A DNA stretch of 64,000 nt from Chiloscyllium plagiosum (GCF_004010195.1 NC_057750.1:19136229-19200228); one strand, 5' to 3'. Shown: positions 1 through 11,648, counted from the first letter of the stretch. Numbers and translations: made by a program. The notes: generated by a model not told the origin, from the sequence alone.

Positions 1-141
1 GCATGCATCAGCGTCTATTACTTGTGGATTATCAGACTCAGGGACCGTTAATAATACATATGAAAATAATATTTGACAAAATCCCGATACTAAGAGGGCT
101 AGCATCATAACTCTAAGCATTCCCAGTATTCTAAACATCAT
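1..141 (-). CDS. env: Putative env N-terminus (signal peptide and start of SU), open to the window edge
   Basis: ATG at 141 just after the integrase end reads MMFRILGMLRVMMLALLVSGFCQILFSCIIITVPESDNPQVIDADAC with no stop. Hydrophobic leader, then a PQ....DAC motif like ERV3/HERV-I-type SU starts. Confidence 0.65.
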   Translation of the reverse strand, partial: MMFRILGMLRVMMLALLVSGFCQILFSYVLLTVPESDNPQVIDADAC

Positions 142-216
142 GCTGAAGCACAAAAAGACTTAATATACAATCTTACAGAAATAATCCCGCGCTCGCGTCG
201 CCACTGTATAGTCAGT

Positions 217-1392
217 TACTCAAAGTCTCTTTAGTCAGAGTTTCAGCGGGTCTTGCGTTGATTCGGCTGTCCAGAATTCTTCCTCAGCTGGAGGGTCCAC
301 TGGCCCTTTGATCCGAGTGTAGTGAGTCCAGCCTTTCTCCACCGTCCTTATTGCTGTTTCGGTCAAAAGAGCCTGGTACGGCCCTTCCCAGTCCGGCTGC
401 AATTTAGTCTCTGTCCATGATTTTACTAAGATCCAATCACCCGGCCAGATGGGGTGAACAGTGAATTCAAGGGGCGGAGTCTGAGGAAAGATAAAGAGGA
501 GGACAAGCCCAGTATATACTTGTTTAAAAATAAATCTTTAGTTTCGGGAATTGGCAATTCTCCATTCGTTCCCAGATAAGGTAATCCAAATAAGATTTCA
601 TAGGGGGATAGTCCCAAATCTTTCCTCTGCCAAGGGACAAGCCCAAAAGGCCTCCTTTAAATCTATTACACTAAACCATTTGTGATCATGAGGGATCTTA
701 CTTAATAACGTATAGGGGTTTGGCACCACTATTCGATTCAATGTTCTCAAATCCTGCACCAATCGATAAGTTCCATCAGATTTCCGCACTGGTAGAATTG
801 GGGTATTATAAGGAGACATACATGGCTCCAACAGTCCATCTCTAATCAGTCCTTCAATTACTGGCTGCAGTCCTCGTTTACCTTCTATGGAAATAGGACA
901 TTGTCGCTCACAGACAACGTCCCCTTTCCGTTTTAAATTTATTAAAAGGGGAGGGATCTGTAGTTTTCCACGATTCCCTTCTCTAGCCCATACAACAGGG
1001 TCTATCTCTCTCTCCACATCCTCTGTCAACATTGCCAGTTGTACAACTAATTCTTTTTCCTGAATTCCAATCTCCAATCCTAAGAGGATAATTAAGTCTC
1101 TCCCTAGTAAGTTACTTCCTATATCAGGGATATACAGCAGTTCCCCTGTGACCCTATCCTTAGGACCTTCTATCATCATAGGTTCAAATACTGGAACAGT
1201 AAATCCTTCCCCTTTTACCCCCGAAACAGTAATTGACCATGTTGACACTTCTGCTTTCTTTGGTTTAAAATTCAGCGATGACCGTGCTGCCCCCGTATCT
1301 ACTAGGAAGACTACCTCTTCCCTACAGGGTCCCACCTTCAAGTTTATCAAGGGTTCCTGGTGGGCCCCCGAGGGCAGGAACCCCTGATACTC
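217..1392 (-). pseudogene. pol: ERV pro-pol with a large internal deletion: protease, RT N-half and integrase C-terminus only
   Basis: Protease LVDTGAARS and LLGRDL; RT SPYNTPILPVRK, YRLVQDLR, WFSVIDLKEAFW. Near 620 it jumps to integrase GLSPYEILFG and later WEGPYQALLT..GWTHYTRIK. No YXDD, RNase H or DDE core; frameshifts present. Confidence 0.9.
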
Positions 1393-3359
1393 CTATTCTT
1401 CATCAAAATTCATAAGCGGAATTGCCCTTTATTCCCTTTGTAGATCAGGACACTCCCGCTTAAAATGCCCTATCTTTCCGCAATAATAGCATCCTGCCTG
1501 TGGAGACCTCCATCTCTGCCTCTGTCGCTCGAACCCTCCATCAAATGCTCCCCCGTTTGCTCTCCCTCTCCCTCTTCCTCTCTGTCCTACATGCTGCCAC
1601 CCGCTACTCCGGTTGCTCACTATTGGTTCCATTCTTTTCTTAACTACCTCATCAACCGTAGCTACCATCATTTTCACCTTCTGTTTTTGTCTCTCATCCT
1701 CCCTCTTTACAAACACTTTCTGTGCCTCTCTTAACAATTCATCTAATGGTTTTTCACTCCACCCTTCTATCTTCTGTATCTTTCTCTGTATGTCTGGCCA
1801 TGCCTTTGTCACAAAATGTACTTTCAAAAGACCCTGTGCCACTGAGGGAGTCTCATCTTTCTCCTGTCTAACTTAAAGGCTTTAGTCAAATTCTGTGACT
1901 TCGGAACTGCCTCTCTTATTCCTCTTCGAATAAGGTCTTTCAATTCCCTCATTTCTTCTCTATGCTCCGGGTTTTGGTTTTCCCACTGGGGGTCTCTGAG
2001 GGGAAACTTCACCTCTCCCTGTCCAGCATCCCCATCTCCAATGGGGTGTTCCCTGTCCCATATTTTAATGGCAGCTGCTCGTATAAGTTCCCTTTCTTCC
2101 CCAGTAAATAGTATATTCAAAATAGACATTAACTCAGCCCAGGTATACAGACTGGGCCCCAAAAATTGATCAATTTGTTCAGACAACCCTACCGGATCCT
2201 CAACCAGGACCTTCATTTCCTTCTTAAATGTTCTGACCTCCCCACTGGTGAGGGGGGCACTTACAGACCCAATCTCTTTGTCCCCTATGGGTACCTCCCG
2301 AAGGGGATAAGTCGTTACGTTCTCCCTTTTTTTTTGTTTAAAGAAATATTGCAATATTTCTAGCTCCCCATAACTTCAAACACCAATTCATCAATTCATG
2401 CTTGACTAACTTTTAAAGCCTGTTCCTAACTTGTAAATATATTTATATATTTACGTTCATTTATTCAGTATGTAGTATTTAAAATGTAAAATGCATACAG
2501 TTCCCAATTTTGAAATCCACTGTAATCACCCAGTTTTAGTCCCTTAATTTAAATCCAAAATTAGTTTTCTTAAGTAGTCCTGACCAATCGTTGCTCAATT
2601 GCAATACTATAGGTCGTAAAATAATCAGAGCTGCCTTAAAAGAATTTGTCTATTCAAGTTTAAAAAACCTTCTAATGCATGAACAATGGCCGAATCCAAG
2701 GTCACAGATATTAATCATAGAATTTTGTTTTTACTACAATCTAATGTTGAACTGAAACTTCAACTGTCCTCCATAAATCGCTTTTATGTAAAGATAAAAG
2801 AGATTAGTTAGAAACTGATGGTAAGGCAGTCATGACCTGTAAAAAGAACAGGAGTTATCATTCTTTCTTTTTTTCATAATCTCTATAGAATCCTTAACCT
2901 TAAAAGAAATCATGTTAAGTTTCCATAATAAAAATCAGATTCAAAACAGTCCTGGAACTCAACCTCCAGGGAATAAAACGCAAACATTCAATCACCAACA
3001 AACAAATGTGCATTCAAACCAAATTACAAAGGGTTAAACTTTCTAGTAGCTGTACAGCTCTTTACATTTTCTCTCTCTCACTCATTGACATTTAAATTCA
3101 GATATTTACAAACCCAGTCTTCGTCCAACCTGTACTTTGGCCAGAAGACGGCGGGACGAAGAATGGATTCCTTAGTCCATACAAAGCAACAATATTTAAT
3201 CATCTGTCTCCCTTGTACAAGTATTATTTTGCCAATTCCACAACATCCTGCCTAAAGGACTTTCTGGAGGTATGTTGTAAGGGACCCCACCTCCATTTCC
3301 ATTGCCTTTTTCTCTTTTGTTTTCCTAGAGGCTTTTTCCTTACCCACAGCACAACCCAT
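1393..3359 (-). pseudogene. gag: ERV gag (MA-CA-NC), disrupted
   Basis: Start MGCAVGKEK at 3359 (Gly2, myristoylation-type); MA-like PPESPLGRML and VFWPKYRLDEDWVC; CA in ORFs 1824..2354 and 1429..1842; NC CYYCGKIGHFKREC. Premature TAA at 1429-1431; likely original TAG at 1393-1395 in frame with pro. Confidence 0.88.
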
Positions 3360-3654
3360 ATTGAGTTCCTTCGTTAGTCCCTTATTAACTACTAAAACTC
3401 AATCCCGGCCACCAAGGCAATACTTAAAAGTCAATTTTCTTACCCTGGTCTGTGCACAGAGTTGCCTGGCCCCTTTTCGCCGTATTTTCTATCAACCTCC
3501 TCTCACTGTCTGATTCAGATGTCTCTCTTGTAGGATTCACACCAGTCACCCAAGGGAGCGGACCAAAACGGGACACGAGACTGCTCCTCAATGGGGAAGG
3601 GGATGCGTCTTCCCAGTGTCCAAGGCCAGCCACTCTCCCCGGCGATGGAAGAAA

Positions 3655-3672
3655 ATCCCGGATGAGCCCCAA
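3655..3672 (-). promoter_or_regulatory. Primer binding site, tRNA-Pro type
   Basis: Minus strand TTGGGGCTCATCCGGGAT versus canonical TGGGGGCTCGTCCGGGAT (2 mismatches), one base after the LTR end ...CTCACA. Confidence 0.9.
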
Positions 3673-3673
3673 T

Positions 3674-4602
3674 TGTGAGAAACAAAGCTCACTCACTTCA
3701 ATAATTGCAGTCCGAGATGAAAATCTGAATCAGCAGTGTCCTTTATTTTACACTTGCAAGTGGGTGTAATGTCCCCAAGGCAGGGACAAAAACACACCAA
3801 ATTCAACAAACTCTCGAAATTTATATAATTTGGGTCCCTACATATTTTTTCTTATTTTATTGTTTCCCCGCCCCCATTTAGATTAGATTAGATTACTTAC
3901 AGTGTGGAAACAGGCCCTTCGGCCCAACAAGTCCACACCGACCCGCCGAAGCGTAACCCATCCATACCCCTACATTTACCCCTTTACCTAACACTACGGG
4001 CAATTTAGCATGGCCAATTCACCTGACTTGCACATCTTTGGACTGTGGGAGGAAGGCGGGAATTGAACCCGGGTCTCTGGTGCTGCGAGGCAGCAGTGCT
4101 AACCACTGTGCCACCGTGCCGCCCACGTTTACATCATTCACTTCCCTAAGACTGATCCGGCCTTGTCCGTGATAGAATGCCTATCTCTGGCCTCATAAGG
4201 TTGTTTGACGTCATCCCACTGCAGGTCATCGTTAGGCATATTCTTTCCATCTGGGCCTCTCCGGAGGCCACTCTGATCTTTATGACCTCTTTAATTAGGG
4301 TTTGTTCCTGTGTCTCCGTACAAGTGGGAAACAGATGTTTTTACCTACTGTTATACAAGCCGAGGTCATCCCCTTACAATTTCTTATCTATTTGCCCATA
4401 CATCTACATTGTTTTGCAATCACGTTTCATGCTGACATACCATTTTTAACTAATACGAAAACAATTATATATTTCCTTTACATAGTTTCCATTCTTGTTG
4501 ACTCAGCTCTTGGCTGAAACAATTACACACTGATGTGAGTTCATTTACTCTGTATTAGAAATTATAATTGCAGAAATAACATTAATTTACCTATATCCCA
4601 CA
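3674..4602 (-). repeat. ERV 5' LTR (contains an HE1 SINE)
   Basis: Minus-strand termini TGTGGGA...TCTCACA (TG..CA inverted ends); TATATAAA near 3820-3827; AATAAA at 3742-3747; abuts the PBS. Confidence 0.85.
3878..4124 (-). mobile_element. HE1-type tRNA-derived shark SINE (internally deleted)
   Basis: Head GGGCGGCACGGTGGCACAGTGGTTAGCACTGCTGCC, B-box GGTTCAATTCC, CR1-like 3' end, (ATCTA)n tail; matches five other copies in the window. Confidence 0.88.
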
Positions 4603-5402
4603 CCGGTGTTGGACTAGGGTGTACAATGTTAAAAATCACACAACACCAGGTTATAGTCGAACAGGTTTAATTGGAAACACTAACTTTTGGAGCACCGCTC
4701 CTTCATCAGTGGTTGTGGAGGACACAATTGGAAGACACAGAATTTATAGCAAAAGTTTACAGTGTGATGTAACTGAAATTATATATTGAAAAATACCTTG
4801 ATTGTTTGTTGATTCTTTCATCTGTTCGAATACCGTAGTATATACCAAATATATACCAAATACCACTTCTTTCATGTGTAAATCACAAAACTTTTTTTTA
4901 AAAGTTACATTCTCAGGTTAACTGTCAGAGGCTGAGGGGTGACCTTATAGAGGTTGACAAAATGATGAGGGGCATGGATAGGGTAAATAGACAAAGTCTT
5001 TTCCCTGGGGTTGGGGAGTCCAGAACTAGAGGGCATAGGTTTAGGGTGAGAGGGAAAAGTTATCAAAGAAACCTAAGGGGCAACCTTTTCACACAGAGGG
5101 TGGTACGTGTATGGAATGAGTTGCCAGAGGATGTGGTGGAGGTTGGTACAATTGCAACATTTAAGAGGCATTTGGATGGGTATATGAATAGGAAGGGTTT
5201 GGAGGGATATGGGCTGGGTGCTGGCAGGTGGGACTAGATTGGTTTGGGATAGCTGGTTGGCATGGACGGGTTGGACCGAAGGGTCTGTTTGCATGCTGTA
5301 CATCTCTATGACTCTATAATTGGTGTTAGCCAGACAATATGTTGAAGGCGTTGGCCCCCTGTGTTCTCTGTCTGTGCCATAATGTTTAGATTGATTCTAA
5401 TC
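4603..5402 (-). mobile_element. Penelope-like element 3' end/pLTR (family A) with decayed hammerhead; cut by the ERV on the left and interrupted by CR1
   Basis: Same sequence as the pLTR at 36680-36900, which is linked to a Penelope-like ORF end. CTGATGA-AGGAGC..GCTCC-(A)AAA on minus near 4685-4709. Confidence 0.7.
4927..5317 (+). mobile_element. CR1 LINE 3' fragment
   Basis: RLRGDLIEV..TRGHRFRVRG..FTQRVVRVWNELP; (CTCTATGA)n tail. Confidence 0.9.
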
Positions 5403-5614
5403 AGGCGCCACAACTTTGAAATTCAGCTGAAGTCCACACTCTCATCCTGCGCTCAGGCTACAGCAGTACAATTATGCAGTACAACGGTGTTACATATATT
5501 CATGATTTGGAAGAGGATCATGAAGGTACTATTGCCACTTTTGCGCCAGTGTGACCAAAGGTGGTACATATATTAATGATTTTGAAGAGGATTATTGCCA
5601 TATTTGTGGATATG

Positions 5615-5882
5615 ATGTGGAGGTGCCGGTGTTGGACTTGGATGGACAAAGTCAAAAATCACATGACACCGGCTTATTCTCCAACAGGTTTATCTGAAAA
5701 TGCAAGCTTTTGGAGACCTTGCTAATTCCTCAGGCAGCTAGTGGGAGACAATATATTGAATCCCGAATTTGTAGTAAAAGATCAAGGGGTCATACAACTT
5801 ATGCAAATGTATTGATCAAACCTAGATGGCTACTAAGTCTTTAATCCCTCTTTCTCTCACACACACATGTAAATGGGGTGAA
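5615..5882 (-). mobile_element. Degenerate Penelope family-A pLTR fragment
   Basis: GGAGGTGCCGGTGTTGGAC...AAAAATCACA..CACC terminus shared with copies at 4603, 10388 and 36680. Confidence 0.6.
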
Positions 5883-7120
5883 TTTTGTTTTATTTAAAAA
5901 ATATACTTTATTCATAAAAATATTTTGATGATCTGTACAATTGGTCATGCCATACATACATAAACATTCCATTTCTTTGCATAGAGATCGAGTAATCATT
6001 CATATATATACAAGTCTGTACATTAACCCTCCATATATTTAGCTGAGGTGTCAGCGGAGCCCACTTACTGCATGGGCCCCTTGTTCTTCGTTAGGCAGGC
6101 AGACTTTACACAGTGGTCTTTCCCCACCGCGCCTTGGCGGCAGTTGCCCCAAGCTTCAGCGCGTCCCTCAACACGTAGTCCTGGACCATGGAATGTGCCA
6201 GTCTGCAACACTCAGTCGGGGTCAACTCATTCAGTTGGAAGATCAACAGGTTTCGGACCGCCCAGAGAGCATCCTTCACTGAGTTGATGATCCTCCAGGC
6301 ACAGTTGATGTTCGTCTCGGTGTGCGTCCCGGGGAACAGACCGTAGAGCACAGAGCTGCTTAGGACAAACCTCGACAAACACCACTGCATTCGTCTCCAG
6401 ACTTCCTCTGCGTAGGCACATTCCAGAAGGAGGTGTGTGACAGTCTTGTCCCCTCCGCAGTTGTTTCGAGGGAAACGTGTGATGTGGCAGAGAGTCCGGA
6501 CGTGCATAAAGGAACTCATGGGCAGAGCCCTTCTCACCACCAGCCAAGCCATGTCTTGGTGCTTGTTGGAAAGTTCTGGCGATGAGGCATTCTGCCAAAT
6601 GACTTTGACAGTCTGCTCAGGGAACCGCTCGACAGCATCCGCCCTCTCCTTTTCCCAAAGGGTCTCAAGGACACTACGTGCTGACCACTTCCTAATGGAC
6701 TTGTGGTCAAAGGTGTTTTTCTTCATAAATTTCTCCACGAAGGACAGGTGATACGGAATGGTCCAACTACTCGGAGCGTTCTGCGGCAGCGAGGCCAGGC
6801 CCATCCTTCGCAACATCGGGGACAAGTAGAACCTCAGTACGTAGTGACACTTGGTGTTTGCGTACCGGGGATCCACGCACAGCTTGATGCAGCCACACAC
6901 AAAGGTGGCCATCAGGGTGAGGGTGGCATTGGGTGTATTTTTTCCCCCATTGCCCAGATCTTTATACAGTGAGTCCCTTCGGACCCGGTCCATCTTTGAC
7001 CTCCATATAAACTGGAAGACGGCCCGGGTGACTGCAGCGGCACAGATTCTGGGAATAGGCCTGATCTGTGCCATGTATAATAGCAATGACAGTGCCTCAC
7101 ACCTGATGACCAGGTTTTTA
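5883..7120 (-). mobile_element. Tx1/L1-clade LINE, 5'-truncated ORF2 C-terminus and 3'UTR
   Basis: ORF 6106..~7120: NLVIRCEALSLLLY, FQFIWRSKMDRVRR, CCHC-like NCGGDKTVTHLLLEC; AATAAA and an A-rich tail near 5885-5915. Confidence 0.85.
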
Positions 7121-7123
7121 CAA

Positions 7124-7960
7124 AAATTTGGGGGTGACACAAAGATTGGCCAGGTGGTTGACAATGAGAAGGAAGGCATAAGGTTACGGGAAGACATATG
7201 TGGATTGGTCAGATGGACTTTAACCCTGACAAACGTGATGTGGTGCAGTTTGGAAGAGCAAACAAGACAAGGGAGTACTCAATGAATGGCAGGACACTAG
7301 GAGACTCAGGAACAGAGGGATCTTGGATTGATTGTTGACAGATCCCTGAAAGCTGCAGAAAAGGATAATAGGGTGGTCAAGAAGGCATACAGATTGCTTG
7401 CCTTTATCAGTGTCGGTATAGATTATAAGAGCAGGGGGGTTACGTTGGAGCTGTACAGAACTTTGGTTCAGTCACACTTGGAGGGCTGTGTGCAGTTCTG
7501 GACAACACATTATAGCAAGGATGTGGTTAAACTGGAGGGGGTGCCAAAGAGAATCACCACAATGTTACCTGGGATGGAGCATTTCAACAAAGGAAGACGA
7601 CTGTATAAGCTTGGTTGGTTATTTTTGGAACAGAGAAACTGAGAATGGGCCTGATGCAGATGTATGAGATTATGAGGAAATGGATAGGGTGGATGGACAG
7701 TAGCTGCCCCCTGCCCCCATAGTTGGAGGATCAATAACAAGGGGGCATAACATTAAGGTGAAAGGCAAGACGTCTAGAGGATCTTTGAGAAAGAAAATCT
7801 TTATTACCTAGAGGGTGATATGAGTTTAGAGTGCTCTACCTAGTGTGGGTAATTGAGGCAGAAACCTCGCAACCTTTAAAAAGTAGTTGGATGAGCACTT
7901 GAAATGTCATAACATTCCAAGCTACAGGCCTAGTGTGGGAAAATGGCACTAGTGTAAGTA
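7124..7960 (+). mobile_element. Degenerate CR1 LINE ORF2 3' part
   Basis: KFGGDTKIG, VVKKAY..LYRTLV..HLEGCVQFW motifs. Confidence 0.85.
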
Positions 7961-8502
7961 ATAGTGTATTTTTGGTGGTAGCGACGTGATGACTTCACTG
8001 CTCTTATAATCTATGCCATGACTGATAAAGGCAAGCATCCTGTACACCTTCTTAAGAAGGATCTCTTCTATACTGTATGATTCATTAATGTTTGCTGAAT
8101 CTGTGCTTTATTTACTCTCACGGCTCACCTCTTGCTCTCGAGACTGATTATTACTTGTAATAAATCTTAAAGTGCCTCTTTCCCCCTCTGCACCAAACGT
8201 ATAGTTACTAACTCTGTTTCACTCGCACTCCGGTGAAGTCTCCCTCACTCTTTATACTCAGTGATCAATGGATTTATTTATTGCAATAATGGCCTCCTGT
8301 ACTTAACATAGTACACTAGTATGACAACAAAGATAATTAGTTCAGATGAAATGAAGTGACAAGTTTGTTGTCTATTTGCACACAGAAGTTAAAATAAAAG
8401 TTGGTAAGCTCCCTCTGTATTAGTATGCGAATTTTCGATATTCAGACAATAATTCCAGCAGTGTTTGTTTTTGTTTTGTGGTGTTATTGACTAATAGAAA
8501 AA

Positions 8503-9298
8503 CATAATTTCCACTACTAATTTTGTTTCGTCTTAACATTATTGTTTGTAGCGATTTGATCATCACTGCTGCAAACAGGATATAAGTTAGCAAGAAGCAC
8601 TACACTGCAAAACTCTTCTTCAATGAAAAAAAAAGCTGAAAATCCCAATTTAAATCTTTGTCCCTTTGGACTGAATCTTCCACGCTGGGTTGAAAATCCT
8701 ATTTCTAATCCAGATCAAACAAAGTCGCCCATTTACCTTTACAGGGGCTTTCTGGCCATACTTCCAAAGCCCTTCATAACCAAACGCAGTCCAGCAAACC
8801 ATGTAGACAGCATGGTGCTTAAACTACATCGCCTTTTGATGGCCTTAGCTGCCATATTCCACCATTTAAGGATCCCAAATCCACTTTGCTTACATTACAC
8901 GCTTGGTAGCTGCCAAAGTGGATTTGGGATCCTTAAATGGTGGAATATGGCAGCTAAGGCCATCAAAAGGCGATGTAGTTTAAGCACCATGCTGTCTACA
9001 TGGTTTGCTGGACTGCGTTTGGTTATGAAGGGCTTTGGAAGTATGGCCAGAAAGCCCCTGTAAAGGTAAATGGGCGACTTTGTTTGATCTGGATTAGAAA
9101 TAGGATTTTCAACCCAGCGTGGAAGATTCAGTCCAAAGGGACAAAGATTTAAATTGGGATTTTCAGCTTATTTTTCATTGAAGAAGAGTTTTGCAGTGTA
9201 GTGCTTCTTGCTAACTTATATCCTGTTTGCAGCAGTGATGATCAAATCGCTACAAACAATAATGTTAAGACGAAACAAAATTAGTAGTGGAAATTATG
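8503..9298. repeat. Near-perfect long inverted repeat (arms 8503-8888 and 8914-9298, 25-nt spacer)
   Basis: The right arm is the reverse complement of the left. The only difference I found by eye is in the A-tract near 8626-8634 versus 9167-9175. Confidence 0.95.
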
Positions 9299-9424
9299 GC
9301 TGAAGACATCGTGCAGCTTGGCATCTTTTACCGTGTCCATCAGGGCTCTGGACGTGGTGTCCAGTTTACTGTCCCCCCTGCCGGATCATCCATCTGCATC
9401 AATGATACAGTTGAAGTCTCCGGG
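9299..9424 (-). mobile_element. Tx1/L1 endonuclease fragment
   Basis: Minus strand reads GDFNCIIDADG*SGRGDSKLDTTSRALMDTVKDAKLHDVFS (APE GDFN motif). Confidence 0.75.
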
Positions 9425-9624
9425 TTAACAGTACCTGAAATTGCATTTGCAGATTTATATTTGCAGGTGCACTCCATTTTGTTCAAAAAACACGCAATCT
9501 GTTGTCAGTCAGTCAATGTGGCTTTTTATAAATTCTTACTTTGGAAATAAAACCATTCTGACTCCATGATGAGATACAAAAAGACTCGAAACATGGCCTC
9601 ACAGCTGAAATGCATTTTCTAAAC

Positions 9625-9860
9625 TAAGACGTCACCTTTATTCTGGTAAAACCTAAGTTATCTTGAGGCAGGGATTTACATATTAATCACTCATTACCTG
9701 CACCTCCATTCTGACTGGTAAAAGATTTAACAGCTGTCTCGGTTGTTCAATATATTTGCATGAGTTGTATGACCCTTTGATCTTTTACTCTAAGTTCTGT
9801 GTCTGATTTATTCTTTTCAAAAAAACCTGTTGGACTATAACCCGGTGTCGTGCGATATTT
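9625..9860 (+). mobile_element. Penelope family-A pLTR/3'UTR fragment, plus orientation
   Basis: Ends AAACCTGTTGGACTATAACCCGGTGTCGTG, the reverse complement of the 4640-4670 and 36725-36755 motif. Confidence 0.6.
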
Positions 9861-10384
9861 ATCCTTGTGGATTACACAAAAATAGGTAGGAAGACAAGTC
9901 GTGAGGAAATCTACAGAGGTGTAAAGAGAGGTCAAGTGAGTGGGCAAAACTTGACAGATGAAATACAATATCAGAAAATATGCAGTTATGCATTTTGGCT
10001 GATTAATACAAGGCAGAAGAGATGAATATTATTTAAATGGAGAAATATAGCCGAAAGCTGCAGCAGAGGAGGAGACTATGCATGAATATTAAAAAGCTAG
10101 TATCCAAATTCAGTGGATAATAGGAAAGGCAGATGGATTATTGGCTTTTCTTTCAAAGGGAAAGGTGTATGAATATAGAGAGACCTTGTTAAAGCTTCAA
10201 CAGAACCTTCCAGTCAGACTACAGCTGGAAATTTTGAACAGTTTTGGTCTCCTTATCGAAAGAATGATATTCTAACATTGGATGCAATCCAGTAAAGGTT
10301 CTTTTCTTTTGAGATAGGTTCCATCAGTTGGGCTTGTATGCACAGAGTTTAGAAGAATGAGAAGCAGAAACTTTATTGAAACAT

Positions 10385-10568
10385 GTTTTGGAGATGCCGG
10401 TGTTGGACTGGGTTGTACAAAATTAAAAATCATACAACACCAGGTTATAGTCCAATTGGTTTACTTGGAAGCACTAGCTTTCAGAGCTGATCCTTCATCA
10501 GGTGATTGATGAAGGAGCAGCACTCCAAAAGCTAGTGCTTCCAAGTAAACCGGTTGGACTATAACCTA
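10385..10568. mobile_element. Palindromic Penelope pLTR mini-insertion (family A) with 12-bp TSD
   Basis: TSD TTATTGAAACAT at 10373-10384 and 10569-10580; inverted arms meet at TCATCAGGTGATTGATGA. Confidence 0.85.
10472..10504 (-). ncRNA. Minimal type I hammerhead ribozyme motif
   Basis: CAC-CUGAUGA-A-GGA(UCAGC)UCU-GAAA-GC-UA-GUG: stem I CAC/GUG, intact core, palindromic AGCU in place of stem III. Confidence 0.7.
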
Positions 10569-10939
10569 TTATTGAAACATACCGGATTTGTATCTGAATT
10601 GACAGGGTTGATGCAGAGAGATTGTTTCCCTTGGGTCTAGGACCAGATTGAATAACAGCGAACCAGATCAAGTATGGGGTCAGTCAATAAAGACAGAGAT
10701 TGAGGAGGACTTCTTTTCTCTCAGGGTGTAATGAATCTATGGCATTCCTTCCTGCATAAGGCTGTGGAGACATGGCTGAGATAAACAGATTTCTAGTCAT
10801 AAGGACAGGAAAGTGGACTTACGCATTATCAGACCAGCCATGATCTAATACAATGGCACAGCATATATGATGAGCTTACTTCTATACTTAGATCTTTTGG
10901 TCTTACGGTACAGTAGTGGTATAGTATCCTTAGTAGTTT

Positions 10940-11540
10940 AGATGGTGCATTGATACAAAGAAAAAAGTACAGTACAACACAGGAACAGGCCCTGCAGCCC
11001 ACCAAGATTATACTGACACGTGATGCCTTCTAAAGTAAAAATTCTTTTGCCTCTAAGCTGTCTGTTTCCCTCTATTCTCTGCCTATTCATATCTCTGTCA
11101 AGACACCTCTTAGACATTGTTATTGTATCCGCCTCCACAACCTCCTCTGCAGGCCATTCTGTGCGCTTACCACACTGCATAAGACATCGTCTTTCACATC
11201 CCCTTTAAACGTACACCCCTTTACCTTAAACCTATGTCCCTAGTAACTGACAGTTCCACCCTGGGAAACAGACTTTGTCCATACCTGTCATAGTTTTGTA
11301 AACTTCAATTAGGCCGCTCCTCATCCTTTGTTGTTCAGGTGAAAACAAACCAGTTTGTCCACTTTCTCCTCATAGCCTATATCCTCCAAACCAGGCAATA
11401 TCCTGGTAAACTGTTTCTGCACCCTTTTCAAAGCCTCCACATCCTTCTTGTAATGCGGCAACCAGAACTGTAGACAATATTTCAAATGTGACCTGCTAAA
11501 ATTCTATACAACTGCAACATGATTTGTCATGATGCTTTTG
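10940..11540 (-). mobile_element. CR1 3' fragment
   Basis: WPAEEVVEADTITMSKRCLD and CR1 3'UTR on minus. Confidence 0.8.
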
Positions 11541-11648
11541 AGCGTGTTGCTAAAGCTCCTTCTGGTTGTTACCTTTCTGAATACAAAAGTATTTATGAAC
11601 AACTTTTACTTGTTTTCATGTGTCTGAATTAATTACAAGGAAAAACTG

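Larger units (their letters stand above)
1..4602 (-). mobile_element. Defective class I endogenous retrovirus (HERV-I/HERV-IP-like); 3' part runs off the left edge
   Basis: Order LTR-PBS-gag-pro-pol-env on the minus strand. Gag segment LLKVHFVTKAWPDIQRKIQKIEGW..LLREAQKVFVKREDE resembles HERV-IP-type Gag (recalled, not searched). Single CCHC knuckle; in-frame TAG at the gag-pol junction. Confidence 0.92.
9865..10900 (+). mobile_element. Old degenerate CR1 3' region, interrupted by a pLTR insertion
   Basis: Decayed CR1 RT C-terminal and 3'UTR motifs. Confidence 0.65.

Noticed and set aside
6106..7197. 363-aa ORF as a host gene
   Set aside because: It is a truncated Tx1 ORF2 whose apparent N-terminus is antisense CR1 sequence.
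8623..9063. 146-aa ORF crossing the palindrome centre
   Set aside because: No recognisable domain; it is read through the inverted duplication and is most likely incidental.
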